DNA of 64,000 nucleotides. It comes from Takakia lepidozioides. Its lineage: Eukaryota > Plantae > Bryophyta. Under the pieces are notes generated by a model. That model saw only the letters and a list, made by a program, of their open reading frames with translations, did not search any database and was not told where the DNA came from. A program made the position numbers and the translations under genes. The stretch lies in contig CM060732.1 of the NCBI GenBank assembly GCA_030704615.1, positions 72,788,001 through 72,852,000 on the forward strand, read 5' to 3'. Below, in pieces: positions 37,401 through 51,389 of this stretch (within the stretch, counting starts at the first letter, position 1; the number at the start of each line of letters is the position of its first letter).

Positions 37401-39536
37401 AAAGGTTGCTAGATTTGGTAGGTTTCTTCTGTCAAATGTCGTTGAAGTTTTAGTTGCAATATCTATAACCCCACGCTGGTGTTCACATGAAAAGCAGGAC
37501 ATCGGGTTCCATGGATGGAGTAGGATCCGAACTTCAAACTCTGAAAGTTGTGTGTGAGAACTACAAAGATGAGATCCGGCTGCTGTTAGAGCAGGTTCCC
37601 ACAGCAGAGACCGAGATGGAGCGGGAGTCCCAGATAAGTGAGATAATCAAACAGAACTGTTCCCTGGAGCTTCGCTTGAAGAAAGCAGAGAAACGGCTGG
37701 AACATGCCAAGGTGACAAGAGTTTCTCTCTTTTCCGTAGGAAAATGTTCTCCTTATCTCTGTGGACATAAGAATTGTTTTCTGCTGTCTCCTGAACCCTT
37801 CCTCTGGAACATGTTGTCCTCACTCAGCTATAAAGTATCATCTCATGTCAGTCTGCAGAGTCTTGATCTCCCTTTTTGACTAGCTATGGCACATAGTGGC
37901 CTGCCTACTGTAAGTCTTGTTAGTCCCTATCTGCTGCAAAAGGTATCTTCAACTCTTGTATCAGACAAAGACATTCTGCTGCTTATATCACACATGCTTG
38001 TGCAGCTTTGAAAGTGAACGTTAATCTAAGATTAATGCCCTCCCTTTCCTCTCTCGTTTCCTTTGGTATTCCTTCACTTGGTGCTCATTCAGAGAGTCAC
38101 ATAAAAAGCCATAGATCTTAATCCAAACAAGCCAAATTGAATCAACATGGTCATTGGAGGACAAGTATCAGATTTCTGTCACGGATAATCATCATTTCTG
38201 GACTTCTTACACGTGAAACTTCTTTGGTGATTTTAGTGCAATAGAACTGGCTTTAGCACCAGTTTGGTAATGGTACTGTCTCAATGTGTAGGGATGGCGA
38301 GTGCAATTGCTAAAGCTGCGCAAAGGAGAAAGGGAAAGAGATGCTCTGTTAGCCCAACATGAGGTATGTATCCTTCCCTTTCCATTTGCATCTTTTTTGT
38401 TTGGATATAGCCACGTGTTGATGGTCAAGTTTTGTTTTCTTTAGAGTATGATAGGCCAGACTGGATTACAAGCTGGGGTTCCATAATTATTATCGGGTGT
38501 ACGGTTGATATTCCTAGTCTACGCTCTCAGGGGCATGTACCTTGGCTACCACATTTGGACCCCAACAGTGATAAATACTTCAAACCATAGATTGATTTGA
38601 TGGTTTCAGCAGCAGCTGAAGTCTTAATGTCTGTCAACAGTAGGTGTGCTTCAGTACTCCTCCCAAGCAGTTACATTTCCACATACTAAACTGGGCCTTA
38701 GAAGAGCTTGTGTGGCTTTTATGACAACATACAGGTGGCCCTTCATGATGTCCACTTAAGGAATGCAAGATTGGAGGAGGAAGTAGGTATCCTAAAACAA
38801 GCACTTTTGAAGGCCCAACGATTGCAGTCTCTAGCTATAGAGGATACACCTGACAACACAAACAGTAACAAGATGACAGATATGGCCCGGTCGAAGTCCA
38901 AGGTGTCAGAAATGGTTCAAGGCATGGAGCTCCGGGTATGTCCAGAGCTGTGTTGTAGGTCCTTTCCTTATGTGCATTTCCATGAAAGAGCAGCAAAGAA
39001 TACACTGGTGTACCCTTAATACCCCTGTGCAGCTCTTCTCAACTAAAAGGCAGGCTATGTACTTCTGGCAAAGTCTTGTATGAAACATCTAGTAATCTTT
39101 AGAGGCTTGCTCTAGATTCCTGTGGAAATAGCACAATTTATAACGAACTACTGTCTTGTGGGGTTTGTTGCGGTGTGAACATCTATCCTCTATAGCCAGG
39201 CCCTCTGTGCAAAGTTTTTCACCTGTCCTGCTTGCCTCACAGATGGTGCTTGGAAGTTCAGCTAGTTGCCGGGTACAGCCGGTGAACAGCCATCTAGTTC
39301 ATCATGAAGGCATTACCCCAAAGGAGGCATTCTCCAGAAGATTACATTCTAAGCTGCCAAGGGCTGCCTTGGTAGAACTGAGCAAGAACAAAATGAAGGA
39401 CGTAGAGAGAGGTTTGCTGAAGGCGTCTAAGAAGCCTTGCCACGACCAGCAAGCTGTGAGAATGGGCGCTCCACTCGATTTTGACAACAAGGAAAACCAA
39501 CCTGGTTCAATGAGTCTGTTTCATTGCTCTCTGTAG
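22476..39536 (+). CDS. KIN7N: Kinesin-7 (CENP-E-like, KIN7N type) motor protein, ~1737 aa, 25 predicted exons
   Basis: [13 protein letters not shown]-loop [55 protein letters not shown]-terminal KEN. GT-AG exons in consistent phase: 22476-22620, 23868-23957, 24204-24322, 24569-24682, 24784-24865, 25159-25226, 25351-25440, 26093-26235, 26489-26591, 26783-26863, 26979-27047, 27314-27376, 27800-27961, 28415-28471, 28717-29046, 29242-29307, 29898-29987, 30190-32088, 33128-33316, 36486-36881, 37198-37274, 37498-37711, 38292-38363, 38735-38935, 39243-39536. Tail exons are less certain than motor exons. Confidence 0.88.
34786..34857 (-). tRNA. tRNA-like sequence within TRIM 3' LTR (probably not a translational tRNA)
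   Basis: GGACGGG-TA-GCTCAGTGGTAGAGC-A-CCCCACCGGAATGGGGG-AGGTC-CTAGGTTCAATCCCTAG-CCCGACC-A. Perfect D and T arms with A and B boxes; one acceptor-stem mismatch and an atypical anticodon loop. Confidence 0.7.
35006..35077 (-). tRNA. tRNA-like sequence within TRIM 5' LTR
   Basis: Identical copy of 34786-34857. Confidence 0.7.
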
Positions 39537-40450
39537 TTTCCAGTTTGTGTTTTGTCTTGTTGGTGAAAGTTCAAATCGACCCATGGTTTTCGTGGCAGCA
39601 GCTGGAAGTCCACACTCCACACCCTGGGGTTTGTTCAGGATCAGAACCTTTTGACAAACAAATATGCAATATGTACTGCTGCCACCATAGGGTGCGAACC
39701 ATCTCGTGTCATAGCATCTGCCACACAGCACTGGTTGATGTTTTGATTTCATCCTACAGTGGGCCTGTCAGCTCCAGGAGGACCTCATGGGCACAGGTTT
39801 ACCTGTGGACTGTCATTTCTGACCCTACTATTAGATACAGGGACCTTCTTCGGTGACTCCTTTCATTGAAGCAGAGCCCAAAGGTGAGGTGCATTGGACA
39901 CTAGTTGCTTCCATGCTTTCTCTGCATCATGAGTTTGCCTGTGAGCTGCTTTCAATGGGAACTTGCTTCTAAGTTCTTAGGAATAATTTATATACTGCAT
40001 CCCTCGCCCAAACCACGAGCAGCTCCTGTCTAAATGTAGGTTTGTGAGGACTTTCTAATTTTTGTGCCTGGACCTGTCAATGTGGTGGACTTCGGAAGAT
40101 CGATTCTTTGAGCGACAGGGTAGATGCAATACTTCGCTCACAGATTTTTATTTGACCTGGCCTGAAAATTAGCTCTGTGAATTGTCTTCTGGCTTTACTG
40201 TGAGTTAGACCCTGTCATCCAACTCTACCTGCTGAACTGAGTGTACTTGAAATGCCCAGATCCCTGTGTCATTGCACATGGGGGTTTCAAGGTTGAAACT
40301 GTAAGCTTCAACCATATATTTGCTGTTTCATTGGGATTCAAACACCACTTGGGTAAAAGATTCACACCAGCTCATGTTAGAGCATAGCACGAATAAAGAC
40401 AACTTAAGTCCCATCTTTGCGATCTGCTCTTTTGATGTGATAAAAAACCT

Positions 40451-43411
40451 TCATTGCAAATTTCCTGTTTTCACAGGATAGAACTCGGGGTCAGATGCCA
40501 ACTCCCTCATATGCTCAGTGCACAAGCCTACCAGAGCTCTCATGGACCCATCTCCACCAGGTGTTGGCAACAAAATCACCAGTCCACTAAACCCATTCAC
40601 TGGGATCCCAAGGAATACAGGTGTCCCCCACCCGAAATCGACCTCATAAGAAGAGAACCGGATCCAGCTAGTGATTGCCAGACCTGAGTGGAAATTGGTA
40701 AATGAAGCATTAATGGTACAAGGGCCATCCTGGATTTCTATCCAATCAAGTGCGGATCTCATGTATTCATTTGTGATTCTTGCTATGCATTGGTGTACAC
40801 AGCTGGCCGCGTACAATAGGGGCTCCCTCATAAGCTCCCCGGCATTGGATTGAGCACATCCATAGAAGTTCACATTGCCTGCAGCCATGACAGCAGAAGG
40901 ATATGAACCGTAGCGCAGAGTACCATCAAGTACTTCCTTTTTGTTGAGGGATCACCACAAGTAGACATTTTGATTGGTCATAAGGTCGACCAATGTTGGA
41001 AAGTGCCAAAATGACAGTCCCACAAGATGATTGTTCACAATCGAAATTAGAGCATCTGCTACGTACCGAAGTAGCCTTTGGAGAGATGTTCGTTGAAACG
41101 TTTTCTTCCATCCACGGCCAGCCCGAGCTGGACATCTTTAATGGGGTCTATACCACGTGCCTTTGTTATGCAGCGCCAGACATGGCCAGCAAGGACTTCA
41201 AATCCTGTGAAGGAACCCCCGTCTTTACGTTGCCCTGCTCGCTGTTTGAGACATTCGATGTCCTAGAAAAGTACATGACCACTTGTTTCCAACATGAATG
41301 GATGACAAATATGACTGAAATGATTGTCTGAGAAGAGCTGTATTGAGGATGGTTCTACAACAATGAATTTCACCTTCTCCTGTTTTCCTTTTTTTTCTGA
41401 GAGGGAAAGGAAAACAGCACGAACAGACCCAAACATCCAGAAACAGACCAAGAACAGTGCTCAATCTAAACACATTCCAGTCAAACCAATCCTAACTAAA
41501 AGGGGAGAAGAGGGATGTGCAGACTGAAGACAATATCCATTTTCTGACGCATTTTCCGGGATATTCCCACCAGAGAGTGACCCTCTTCAGCAACATCAAA
41601 AACATGGTTCCTGCCACTCTATCACCAACTTTCAAAATCTCGAGGCTGAGTTTAAAGCCCTGGCCCTGTTGGGGACTGTTGCTCACACACAGCCGATCGA
41701 TGCTTGTGTGAAGGGCTTTCTAGAGGATATCTGGAAAGCCCGAACTAATTGTTCATATCAAGGTAAGTCACACTACTGGCGTGATCCCGTCACAAAGGTA
41801 GTGCCTACTCCCTATATTGCTGTCCAAACTGGGCATAGGGTCTATGAACACAAGGCTACAGCAAACAAAGTTTTATGAGTACATTGCTCTCTCTCCTTCT
41901 TATGAACATTGTCACCTCTGTTCACCAACTTTCAAAATCTCAAAAATGAGACTGAAGCCCAGTTGGGGTCCGACTTTTGGGCTGCTCACATACAGCAGAT
42001 TGATGCTTGAGTGAAGGGCTCGCTGGACGAAATCTGAAAAAGCCCGAACTAATTGTTTATATCTTGGTAAGTCCTACTACTGGACTGAGCCCCTCATAAA
42101 GGTAGTGTCTATCCCTATGTTTCTGCCCAAACTGGCGCGGTGTTTAATGGCCACAAGGCTACGGCAAACAAGTCTAATGAGTGCATTCTCTCTCTGTCTC
42201 AGTAGAGATGGGGCAGTAGGGTTCGCATCAACAAATATTGTAGTTTCTAGCATGATGTCAATACTCACACTTTGGGGCTGATGGTATATCCACACAAGCC
42301 TGCCAGCTCCATGAGGGTTTCTATCTCGTAACTGCATGAGGTGTACAGACACAATCCTGGTAAGCATTGACATGGGATAAACCCAATCTAGACTAGATCG
42401 TTAGGAAAACCCATACCTCACGATCAAACTCCACCATCTTCGCAGTCATGGCTGGGAGCCCGCTCTCCATCCAGGACATATCAGGTGGGATAACAGTGTA
42501 CTCCAGATGCTCAAACTCTGGCCTGGGAGGATGCCGAGCTTTCATTGCCAAACGGTCAAAAATTGGAGGGACTGAGATCTCCACACCCCTAGAAATTTCA
42601 GCCCACGATGTAACAAAGTGCGAGAATGCAGCTCCATCCCCAACATGGTGATGCAATTTCAGCACCAACGCCACTCCCCCACACTCGAACCTGGTTACCT
42701 GTAACATTCATCACCATCCTTGAACAAGACATTTGTCGCCAAACATCTTCCAGTCTTCAGAAAAAATACCTGGATTGATAAAATCGACTTTCTGACCTAC
42801 AAACAAACTCTCCTGCTTTACGAGCATTGGTCTTCTTGATGAGAGAGAAATGAGAACCAGACAATACACATCCAGCACCACTCATCAGCAGATTTGTTCA
42901 GCTGGCTCCCTCTTCTCCCTCTCGCACACAAACAATGAGTTTGTTCGAATCTCATGTGCTCAACTCAACTCGTTTCCACTCTCACCTGAGCTAGGAGAAG
43001 GGACAACTCCGAAATGTCGCCACCACCGCTTTCCGCATTCATCTCAGGAGCCAGTAGCGGGAAGACGGAATTGGGCTGAAACTCATCGAGATCTTTCAGT
43101 GTTCCATCAGCGCAAGCTTCCAAAAAATCAACGCCCTTGTTGTTGCAATCAACGTCGACACCCCCATTAGATCTCCTCATAAACCGTCCAGCCAGAGGAT
43201 AGAATGCTGTCAATGCCTGGGAGAGTGAATCCTTGAGAATTTCCGTGCTCATGAAATTGGGCTTGGATTCTACTTCATGATGGTGAAAAATGTAGAGAAA
43301 CAATGAGTAACAGCGTGGCATAACTTGATCATTGTTGCTCAGCTCCAAGACTTCCGGAGGCCTTGGCTTTGCCGGGTACACCGTCCCTCTCACCTTCACT
43401 TCAATTTTCAT
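40451..43411 (-). CDS. BAHD acyltransferase (HCT-like), 443 aa, 4 exons
   Basis: Exons 43411-42986, 42698-42417, 41262-41067, 40878-40451 (1332 nt, in frame). FYPLAGR, AQ|VTRFECGG (conserved Q-intron), HXXXD (HHVGD), GFEVLAGHVWRC, YFGN, DFGWG. Confidence 0.93.
41620..42195. repeat. Two tandem ~275-bp repeats in BAHD intron 2; a third copy at ~51428-51685
   Basis: All copies start TCACCAACTTT(C/G)AAAATCTC and share AAAGCCCGAACTAATTG, AAAGGTAGTG and CACAAGGCTAC. Confidence 0.85.
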
Positions 43412-43524
43412 ACTGAGCTTATTTTGTGAAACCTCAAATCCGAGAATGGGTCCTGTGAATACAGGGATGGTCAAGTGATGGTGATAGTATGGATGGAATA
43501 TACAGGATTTGATTCTTGCTAGAC

Positions 43525-43800
43525 GGCTATGTCACCCTGGTTCAATATGTCACTCCCTTGTGATGGTCCATGTCACTCCCGTTTCTGGTGTCACTCCTTT
43601 TTTGTACTTTTTATAAGCTTACTTGGTCAAATCCAGTGTTGTGCCGGTTCTGCCTTTTTAAGGAACCGGTTTGGGTTTCTTTTTGGAGCCAAGTCCGGGA
43701 CCGGATCCGGGTTTTCCGGGTTTGTCAACACGGACTCGGGTTAGGGTCCGGGTAGTTGTTGGGAAATATTAGCGGGTTCACAGGTTCGGATCCGGGTCCT
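43525..43800. repeat. TE-end remnants in the BAHD promoter (TGTCAC and CCGG/CGGGT motif clusters)
   Basis: Repeated ATGTCAC(C/T)C plus TACTTGGTCAAAT shared with the 19.6-20.7 kb MITE family, followed by dense CCGGTT/TCCGGG motifs resembling hAT subtermini. Confidence 0.4.
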
Positions 43801-43959
43801 AATTAATTTATTAAATAAATTAGAAAAATGATATTAATTAGGGTTTGGCTGGAAAAACTTTAAATCCTAATAATGAATTTAATTTCAAAAGACATTCCTT
43901 CAAAATATACCATGAATATGTATTGCTCATTTAACACAAGAATTAAAATAGAAGTTTGA

Positions 43960-46900
43960 GTTTTTCTTTTTTCTTTTTTTTCTTTTTTCTTTTTTTTTTG
44001 GTTGCAGAACAGGGACAGAGACCCTGGTAGAACTTTATTATGATTATTTATGGACCCATCTACATGGTTCTCTACCACCCCTTACGGGTGTTGTCCAACT
44101 AGGGTTTCGGAATGGCAGACTTTTTATCTCTCCTCGGGAGGTAGGCTACTTTATGATGACTCCGTTTAGGGGAGTGTTCGCCTTTCACTGATCACGGTGT
44201 GTACCTCTATGGTGTACGATGGGGTTTTAATTTTTTACTAAAGAAGATAGTCTTGGAGGGCGGTAGAAGAGGGGCCGGGGGGGGGGGGGGGGGTTTGGTG
44301 GTAGTATTGGCCGCAACGGCCCTAGAGAAAGATAGGGGGTCAAGCTTGACAGTTTCAAAATGGTCAAAGTGGGAGAAGGAGACGTTGCATGATCTAGCAT
44401 TTGAAAAGAAGAGCAGAGGAGCAAAAATACGAAGAGAAGACAAGATGATAAGAGAAGCTAAAATTGAAGATCGTTGCTGCCTAGGTGAAGCGTAGTTTGC
44501 TTGATGCACGAATGTGACGCCAGTTGATCTCTCTCTCAAATTTTGGCGACACAATGGAGGGCTGTCCCGATGTCTCTCCAGGCGACCGGTGGGAGCGCTG
44601 TCCAGGTGCAGTTTGATGGAGAGGTGCTGCTGCAGATAAGGCCATCTCTGGCCCAGGTAGATCGGAAGACCGAGTGGAGAGCATCTGCTTGCATGGGCTT
44701 CCTAGCCATATCTGCACACAGTTTAGACCACGCCCTTCTAGCTTCAATCTGTAGATCCCAAAAAATCCAGGACAGAGTGGAAGAGATAGAGCATGTCTTG
44801 TTTGAGAGAGTCCAAACACATCTTGATTTCCAGATATGCCAAAGCGTCGAGCCTCTGAGACATTCGAAGACAGGGCAGTGAAAGGCTTTGTTTTTGGACC
44901 CGAGGCCATAGTTAAGGAGTAAGCTAATGGGGGTCAATGGCTGATTGTCCCAGTGGAAATAAAACTATTTCGCAAAAGGCCAGATCTTAGCCGGAGCTCG
45001 ACAATAGAGAAGGCAGTGTTCCAAAGTCTCCAAAATACCAGAGGAGTAGCATGAGCAGAGAAGGGCATCCTGAAATTGAAGCCATTCACCGACTTTGAGT
45101 GCTCTGTTGGCAATCTGCCATAGGAAAGCTGATATTTTCGTTGGCCTAGTTTTGGCCAAGATGGATCCCCAGATGACCTTCCGGTTCTCTGCTTGAAAGC
45201 CGTAGGAATCCCATTTACCATTCCACTTAGTAGAGATGGGAAGAGGGGCGGCAAGGGCTTTGTAAGCCTTTTTGGTGGTTTATAGAAAGAATGGTTATGC
45301 AACCCTGCCGAAGTTCCAAGCCCACTTGCTGGGGTCAAATTGAAGCTTTGTGGACGGCAGGAGATCCATAGGAAGGAGTTTGAGGATAGCCAGGTAAAGA
45401 TTCGGAGGATTCGAACTGTGGGGTCCAGGGTTGGGTTCATTTCCTTGGTTGGGGATGTCCAAAATACTCTAATAGGGGTGTGTGAAAAAGCAGGGATGGA
45501 GATAGGGATGTGGGTTTTGAGGTAGAGGGACATTGTGACCTGGTCTATGAAGAATGAAAAGGCCTCTATGGAGACGTCATTGGCGTTGAGGATGAAAAAG
45601 ACAGTGAGCGAATTGTTGAGGATACCTAGGGACCAAAAGTGAGAGCGAGGGGTTTGGGGGCCAGCCTGTAGAGAAACCAGCCAGAGGGGATTAATGACGG
45701 CAGTGATAGACCAAAGTCCTGCAGAGGCTCTTGACATGCCCATTTTCTGAGCTGCAGTGTGAAGGTCGATGAAAGCATTAGAGGCCCAGATATCTTTGAC
45801 CTATGAGATGCCAACTTTGTCCCAGAAAGACCATCGTTTGGCCTGGGTTCGATCAGCCTGAGTTGGTGGAATTTGGTTGAGGAAGATGTGTTGTCTCAAA
45901 ACTTCTTTATAAGACTAGGGCTCCTTCTTTGTTAGGAGGGGTCTGATCCTTCCCCAGGCCCACCAGATGGTGGACCACAAGGTGGAACCAGTGTCCTTGC
46001 ACTACCCATCGAAGAGAGGGGGCCCATTGGGCTAGCTTCAGGGGGGTTGCTATGAAGAATGTTACCAGCCCCCTACGGGACCAAAAAAGCGTGGGATCCA
46101 TTTACCCAGGAGAGCTGTTATTTGCATGTCAAGGTCAATAAGTCCTAGTCCACCCAATTTCTTTGGGAGGCACATCTGCTTCCAAGAGACTTGGGGGCTC
46201 TTTTCTTCCTTGATTACAGTTTTCCACCCCCCAAATAAGTTTCGAAGAAGTGCACGGACTTGTTTTATCTGGGAGGAGTTGGGTCTCCAAGAAGAGGATT
46301 TAAACCAGAGTCCAGCCGAGAGAACTTGGTTTACTGCAAGGATTCTTCCGGTTATGGAGAGGTGCTTGGAACCCCAGAAGTTTAGTTTTTCTTAAAGTCT
46401 GGCCAGAGTGGCTGCGAAACATTGGTCATTCGTAAGGTTAATGCCAAAGGTATACCCTAGAAGAGTTGTGGTTTGGCCAGGCTGAAGCCAGGAGAGCCCC
46501 AATTCTGCTCCCCATGTGGGCCGAGGGCCTACGTCAGACCGGGTGTAGTCTCATGCGAGGATCGCACAGGTCTTAGACCAGTTGAATTTGAATCCAGAGG
46601 CATTGCAGAATGAGTCCAGGGTAGATGAGGTTGAGCGAAGGTTTTGTGGAGTTGCTTGCAAGATTAAGAAAGTGTCGTCGACAAACGTAGAGTCTTTAAG
46701 TTCTGCTAGTTGCTGGGTATGATAGTTTGTGATGCGAAGGCCTTTTATGTCCTGGTTAGCTTGAAGCATGTACCCCAGAGAGTCGGAAGGGGGGCGAGTG
46801 GGCATCCTTGTCTAACTGACCTGCTGAGAGGAAAGGAGGGGGAGAGGTGACCATTGACCATGACTCTGCTAGAAGCATTGTGAAGAAGGATATGGACCCA

Positions 46901-48130
46901 CTGGCAGAAGAAGTGGGGGAGTCCCACTTTGCGGAGGGCTCCGTGGAGGAAGGACCATTCTACCCTATCGAATGCTTTTTCAAAGTCAAGGAGGAGGAGG
47001 GCTATGGCTTGCTCCGTTCTTTGAGCAAAGATAGGGATCTCTTGGGCTAGAAGGGTGTTATCCAAGATATATCTACCCTTTATGAAGCATGTTTGGTTGG
47101 GCCTAATGAGTTTTGGGAGAAGAGGCTGAAGCCAAAGGGCTAGAGCCTTAGCTATAATTTTGTAGGCTACATTGAGAAGAGTAATAGGGCGGTAGTTGCT
47201 GATGTTGGTACAATCCCCTTTTTTATATAGCAGAGTGATAACCCCTTGTGTCATAAAAGCAGACATGAGTCCTTGCATGAAGATGTGATTAGCCATTGCA
47301 AGGAAGTCAGCCGAGATATCGTCCCACAGGGCTTTGAAAAACTCCACTGGGATGCCATCCAAGCCTGGGGATTTGCCGTTGTGCATTTTCCTTAGGGCCT
47401 CTTCAAGTTCCAAATCTGTGAAAAGGCCTTCCTAAGAGGTCGTTGTTTCAGGAGAGAGGAGGGTGGGGGTTGTGTGCAGGCAGTCTTGCTGCAGGCTCGA
47501 GAGGGTCAAGTCACCGGAGGAAGGGCTACTAAAAAGGTTCGCAAAGTGACGTCCTGCCAAGGAAGCCAGAAGTTTGGGGTTGGATGCCAATGAGCCAGAG
47601 GAGGAATCAAGCAGCTCAGTGATGTTTTACGCGGCTCTACGGAATCTTGTTTTGTCAAAAAAGTATTTAGTCATTTTCTCTCCCTTGGTTGCCCAGTTTA
47701 TGCCAGCTTGAAGTTTTAAGTTTTTGATCCTACAGAGATTGGAAGGATTTGAGGCTTCCAGGTAGGTTAGAAATGTGTGCTCATCGCATCTAGTGGATTC
47801 GATTCTAGATTGGCAGACTGAAAGACATTTGGAAAGGGCTTTGATCTTTTTTCCTCTGATTATTGTTAGGTCCTTGTTCATAGCCTGAGCTGCTCTGCTG
47901 GCTGCTGCTAGTTTGGTCTGGAATCTGGATGTGGGGTCTTGATTTGGACAGCCAGCCTGCAGCCAAGCCGCCAGCAAACCGTTTTTTAAGGAGGGAATTT
48001 TGAGCGGGGAGGAATTTAGTTTGTAAAGACCCCCGCCTCTAGATCGAAGGTACGGATGACGACCTGTGCAAAATCTGACCATATACAACTCCAAGTAGGA
48101 CCCTAAAGTATGCCCTGAGTTGACCTACAA
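43960..48130 (-). mobile_element. L1-clade LINE, 5'-truncated and degenerate, with A-rich tail
   Basis: GEKMTKYFF, GKSPGLDGIPVEFFK, NYRPITLLNVAYKI, LDFEKAFDRVEW, SVRQGCPLAP, FVDD, zf-RVT. Stops and frameshifts. The T-rich tract at 43960-44000 is a poly(A)-like tail on -. Confidence 0.92.
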
Positions 48131-48350
48131 CTCCTCATACATGGCCATTTGAGAACCCTAAACTAGCCGACCCCGTGGATACAGTTGGAAGACTCCACAA
48201 CTCCCTCATTTCCCATTCTTCCGCCATCCTTGGCAACGGAAGCATGATAAAAATGTGTGCATTGTAGCAGTATATAAGGTGCACCATGCATCCCATTTGA
48301 TTGATGCTTGGCTGCTGTATTAATTGGCCATTGTCCCAAAACACTCGCCT

Positions 48351-48965
48351 TGTCGCGGCCCTTTGCCTTGAGGGAGGGGGTCGGGACACGAGAGGGGATG
48401 CCCCTGTGGTGGGGGCAGTGGCGACAATAGATGCGGGTGCTGAAGCACCCTTGAGTGCCCAAGGCACTCAAGGAGGCGGAGGCGCTCACTAGGTGGAGCC
48501 CCGCACACCGGATTGCGGTGGGGGTGGTTCCACGAGGGGTGGTGTTAGCTTAGTGGGACTTAGTGGGGGTGGCATAGCACTCACCATGGGGGCGGAGACC
48601 TTGTGGTGGGAGTCGTGGGGAGTATTGGGACTCATCACGGTCCAATGGGACCGTGGTGGGTGGGCCAAGACTCACCGCGACTCATCACCGGGAATCAAGG
48701 GTTTTCGTGGTGGTTCGCCATAAAATGGCATGGTTGTTTGTGAAACCCCCGCGGATAGTCACAGAAGTATATATAGGGAGTAGTAACCCCGAGAACGGTG
48801 CAAGCCCGTTGGTGACCAAAAACTAGTGAGTAAGCGTGCGAGCCGGAAAGCGACCAAGGTGTGGGGAGCTATTCCAGACTGCCATCGACCAAAGGGAATT
48901 TCCACTAGGCCCAAATTGGGAGAGGGTCTTGTGGAGGAGTAAAGGGGGACCGTTATGTCCCGGTG
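48351..48965 (+). repeat. Gypsy LTR, 5' part
   Basis: Starts TGTCGCGGCCC, nearly identical to the post-PPT LTR at 58961-59198, and contains TATATATA at ~48768. Right boundary approximate. Confidence 0.8.
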
Positions 48966-48969
48966 AGAG

Positions 48970-50316
48970 TTAGAATCTGTAGAGGCGGCACTCTCTTGAG
49001 AAATTGCACCCGAGGGACATCCTAACGATTTCTCTCCAACCCAAGTTAAACATGTCCTCCTCGGGTCGCAGAATCCTTCGGGAGCAACGTGAAGAGGAGT
49101 GCATTGGGCCAATCCACATCAAACCTTGATGAGGCAAATCACTGACGAGCTGATCACTTGTCACTCTGCCCATTGCCTGGTTTAATGCCTTAATCTCTTG
49201 CGACGACTTGTTGCATTTCCTGGACATCCTGATCGATGCGGTGGGCATGCTTTCGTAGTACCACCCGTTGGTGTCTTCAACATGCCCTTTAAGCATCTGG
49301 TCATTACCATACACAGAAAACCGTCCGGGGATGTAGCCACAAACTGCGCGAGGTAGCTGCCCTACACTTTTGCTCACGTTCTCAATGACCATCCACTTTT
49401 CCAGCAACGGATCAAACACCTCTGCTGACCTGAACATCTCGACTTTTACCTCATCACGGTCACTATCGACGACAAAGAACCGGCCGCTAAACACTGTTCG
49501 CACGAAGTCGAAACGAGCAATTCTCAGATCTGGAAGGGGCAGACACTTTTCTGCTTTGAGATCAAAAACTTCTGCGGAGCTGAAGCAAAGCGATATACCT
49601 TGGTCGTGCGGAGATATCCGACTGCGAGAACTGCCCCCTGCCACGGACACATTCCCTTTGATAGCAGCACAGGCAAAATCAGGTCCACTTTGAAGCATGG
49701 ACGCCGCAAGCGACCACTGCCTCGTTACCATGTTAAAGCGCTAGACTTGTCTGCCTTTTTCATCATACTGTATATGATCCCTCCCACCCTGCGATCCCCC
49801 AATGAGGAAGAGCTTGGGCCCCACCACTACACAGCGGAAACTCCTCCAAAAACCACTCCACCTTGCTGGATGCTCTATCGTGGCCAAGGGCTTGGCCCAG
49901 TTGGGGGAAACAGACTTGGTGTCCAAGATAGTGATTCTGAGGGGACCAAGTTGGACAGGCACACTCACTACAATCAGCAGATTCTCTAACACACCCACCC
50001 TGGAACGAAAAGTGTGAACATAGTCACTGTACAGAACAGAAGCCCAATACTTGCAGACAGTACATAGCTTTAACTGGAACTGCCGAGGTAGGCGAGCCAG
50101 GCATCGCAATGCTAGCTCATTGGGAAGCCCTGGTATGATCTGACCATGGCTCCCTCCCGCATCCCTATCTTTTGATTCTGTAATTAAAGGAGCCACCGAA
50201 GATGTCCCTGCCACTTCCTCAGGTAAATTCTTTCCGGTCCCGACAAATCCAACACGTTGTTTACCCGAAGATTTTGACATGCCTGCTGTACACTCTTTGT
50301 TCCGTCTCTCTTTCAC
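48970..50316 (-). pseudogene. F-box/Kelch-repeat gene with an in-frame stop
   Basis: F-box IIPGLPNELALRCLARLP..VCKYW; Kelch KLFLIGG, WSLAASM, NVSVAGG, SAEVFD (x2). ORFs 49741..50316 and 48970..49731 are in the same frame, separated by TAG at 49741-49743. Confidence 0.85.
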
Positions 50317-51343
50317 AAACTAGTAATAAGTGGTTGTGCTGCTTAACGTTGCTGCCATGCAAATCCACTCAACTACAAGTCATACATGTGGGCTGCAGCT
50401 TTTTTAGCTTATAACTATGCACACATGCAAAATCAGGATCAATGATGAAATGATTCACTGAGAATTCTCTATCCAACCATAACAACACAACAAGCAGGTT
50501 GTTTCTCCCCGGACCTCTGATCCCCTGTTTATACTCAATGTCTATGGCCAAATCAACTGAGATAACTATAGCATAACGTGCTCAGAGTTATTTCCATCTA
50601 CTGTTATTCATAATGACTGCTAACTAAAGCTTAACTGAGGCTTATCGCTATTATTAAGTATGACTTACCATCAGTGCATTCTGACTTGTAATCACATTAA
50701 CTCTAAGTAGAAGTAGAGTTGATTTCCAACACACTAGAGGCAAAGGAGCTACATTCACTAACTAATAAGCTGTGCCTAAACTTGGCTGCAGCTCTGTTAA
50801 CTAGTTACTTCATACATGCAGTTCACTAGAGACATGCAGCTATATTCACTGACTTAGCTGTGCCTAAACTTGCCTGCAGCTTTTGTTAACTTATTACTGT
50901 TCACCCCATACATGAGTGCAGATATGTTCACTTTTGTGTTGGTTAGCTATCCTCTCTCAAGCACACATCACTGTAAAATTTTCTTTTTCTTATTCAATCC
51001 TGACTAGTTCAAACCATAGAGTAATGAGAACCGGAAAGCATACTCGATGGATCAGTCAATTACATGTGAATTAAAAAAACAGCACATTACGATGAGGGCC
51101 AGTGTTTTTTACCTGGCAAAAAATCACCAGATTTCGACCTACACTCAATAGGATTTGAGAAATATATCATTAGACAGAAAAAGGTCCAAATGCTTGAAAG
51201 TCTCTGGATTGCACCAATTACAATATGGAATTGGAATATGTCTGTGTGGCAGGGGATGTGCTTGCCACAGCAGTTGGTGGACGCCTTTACTGTGCAACTG
51301 CAGATGGGTAAGTCAGCCCATGAACTTACGAATGTGTGCCATG

Positions 51344-51344
<1 letters not shown>

Positions 51345-51386
<42 letters not shown>
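51345..51386. repeat. (CT)n microsatellite
   Basis: About 20 CT units. Confidence 0.95.

Positions 51387-51389
<3 letters not shown>

Noticed and set aside
48135-48350. Missing 3' end of the + strand F-box gene relocated by inversion
   Set aside because: Peptide similarity is not convincing and no matching TSD or breakpoint was found.
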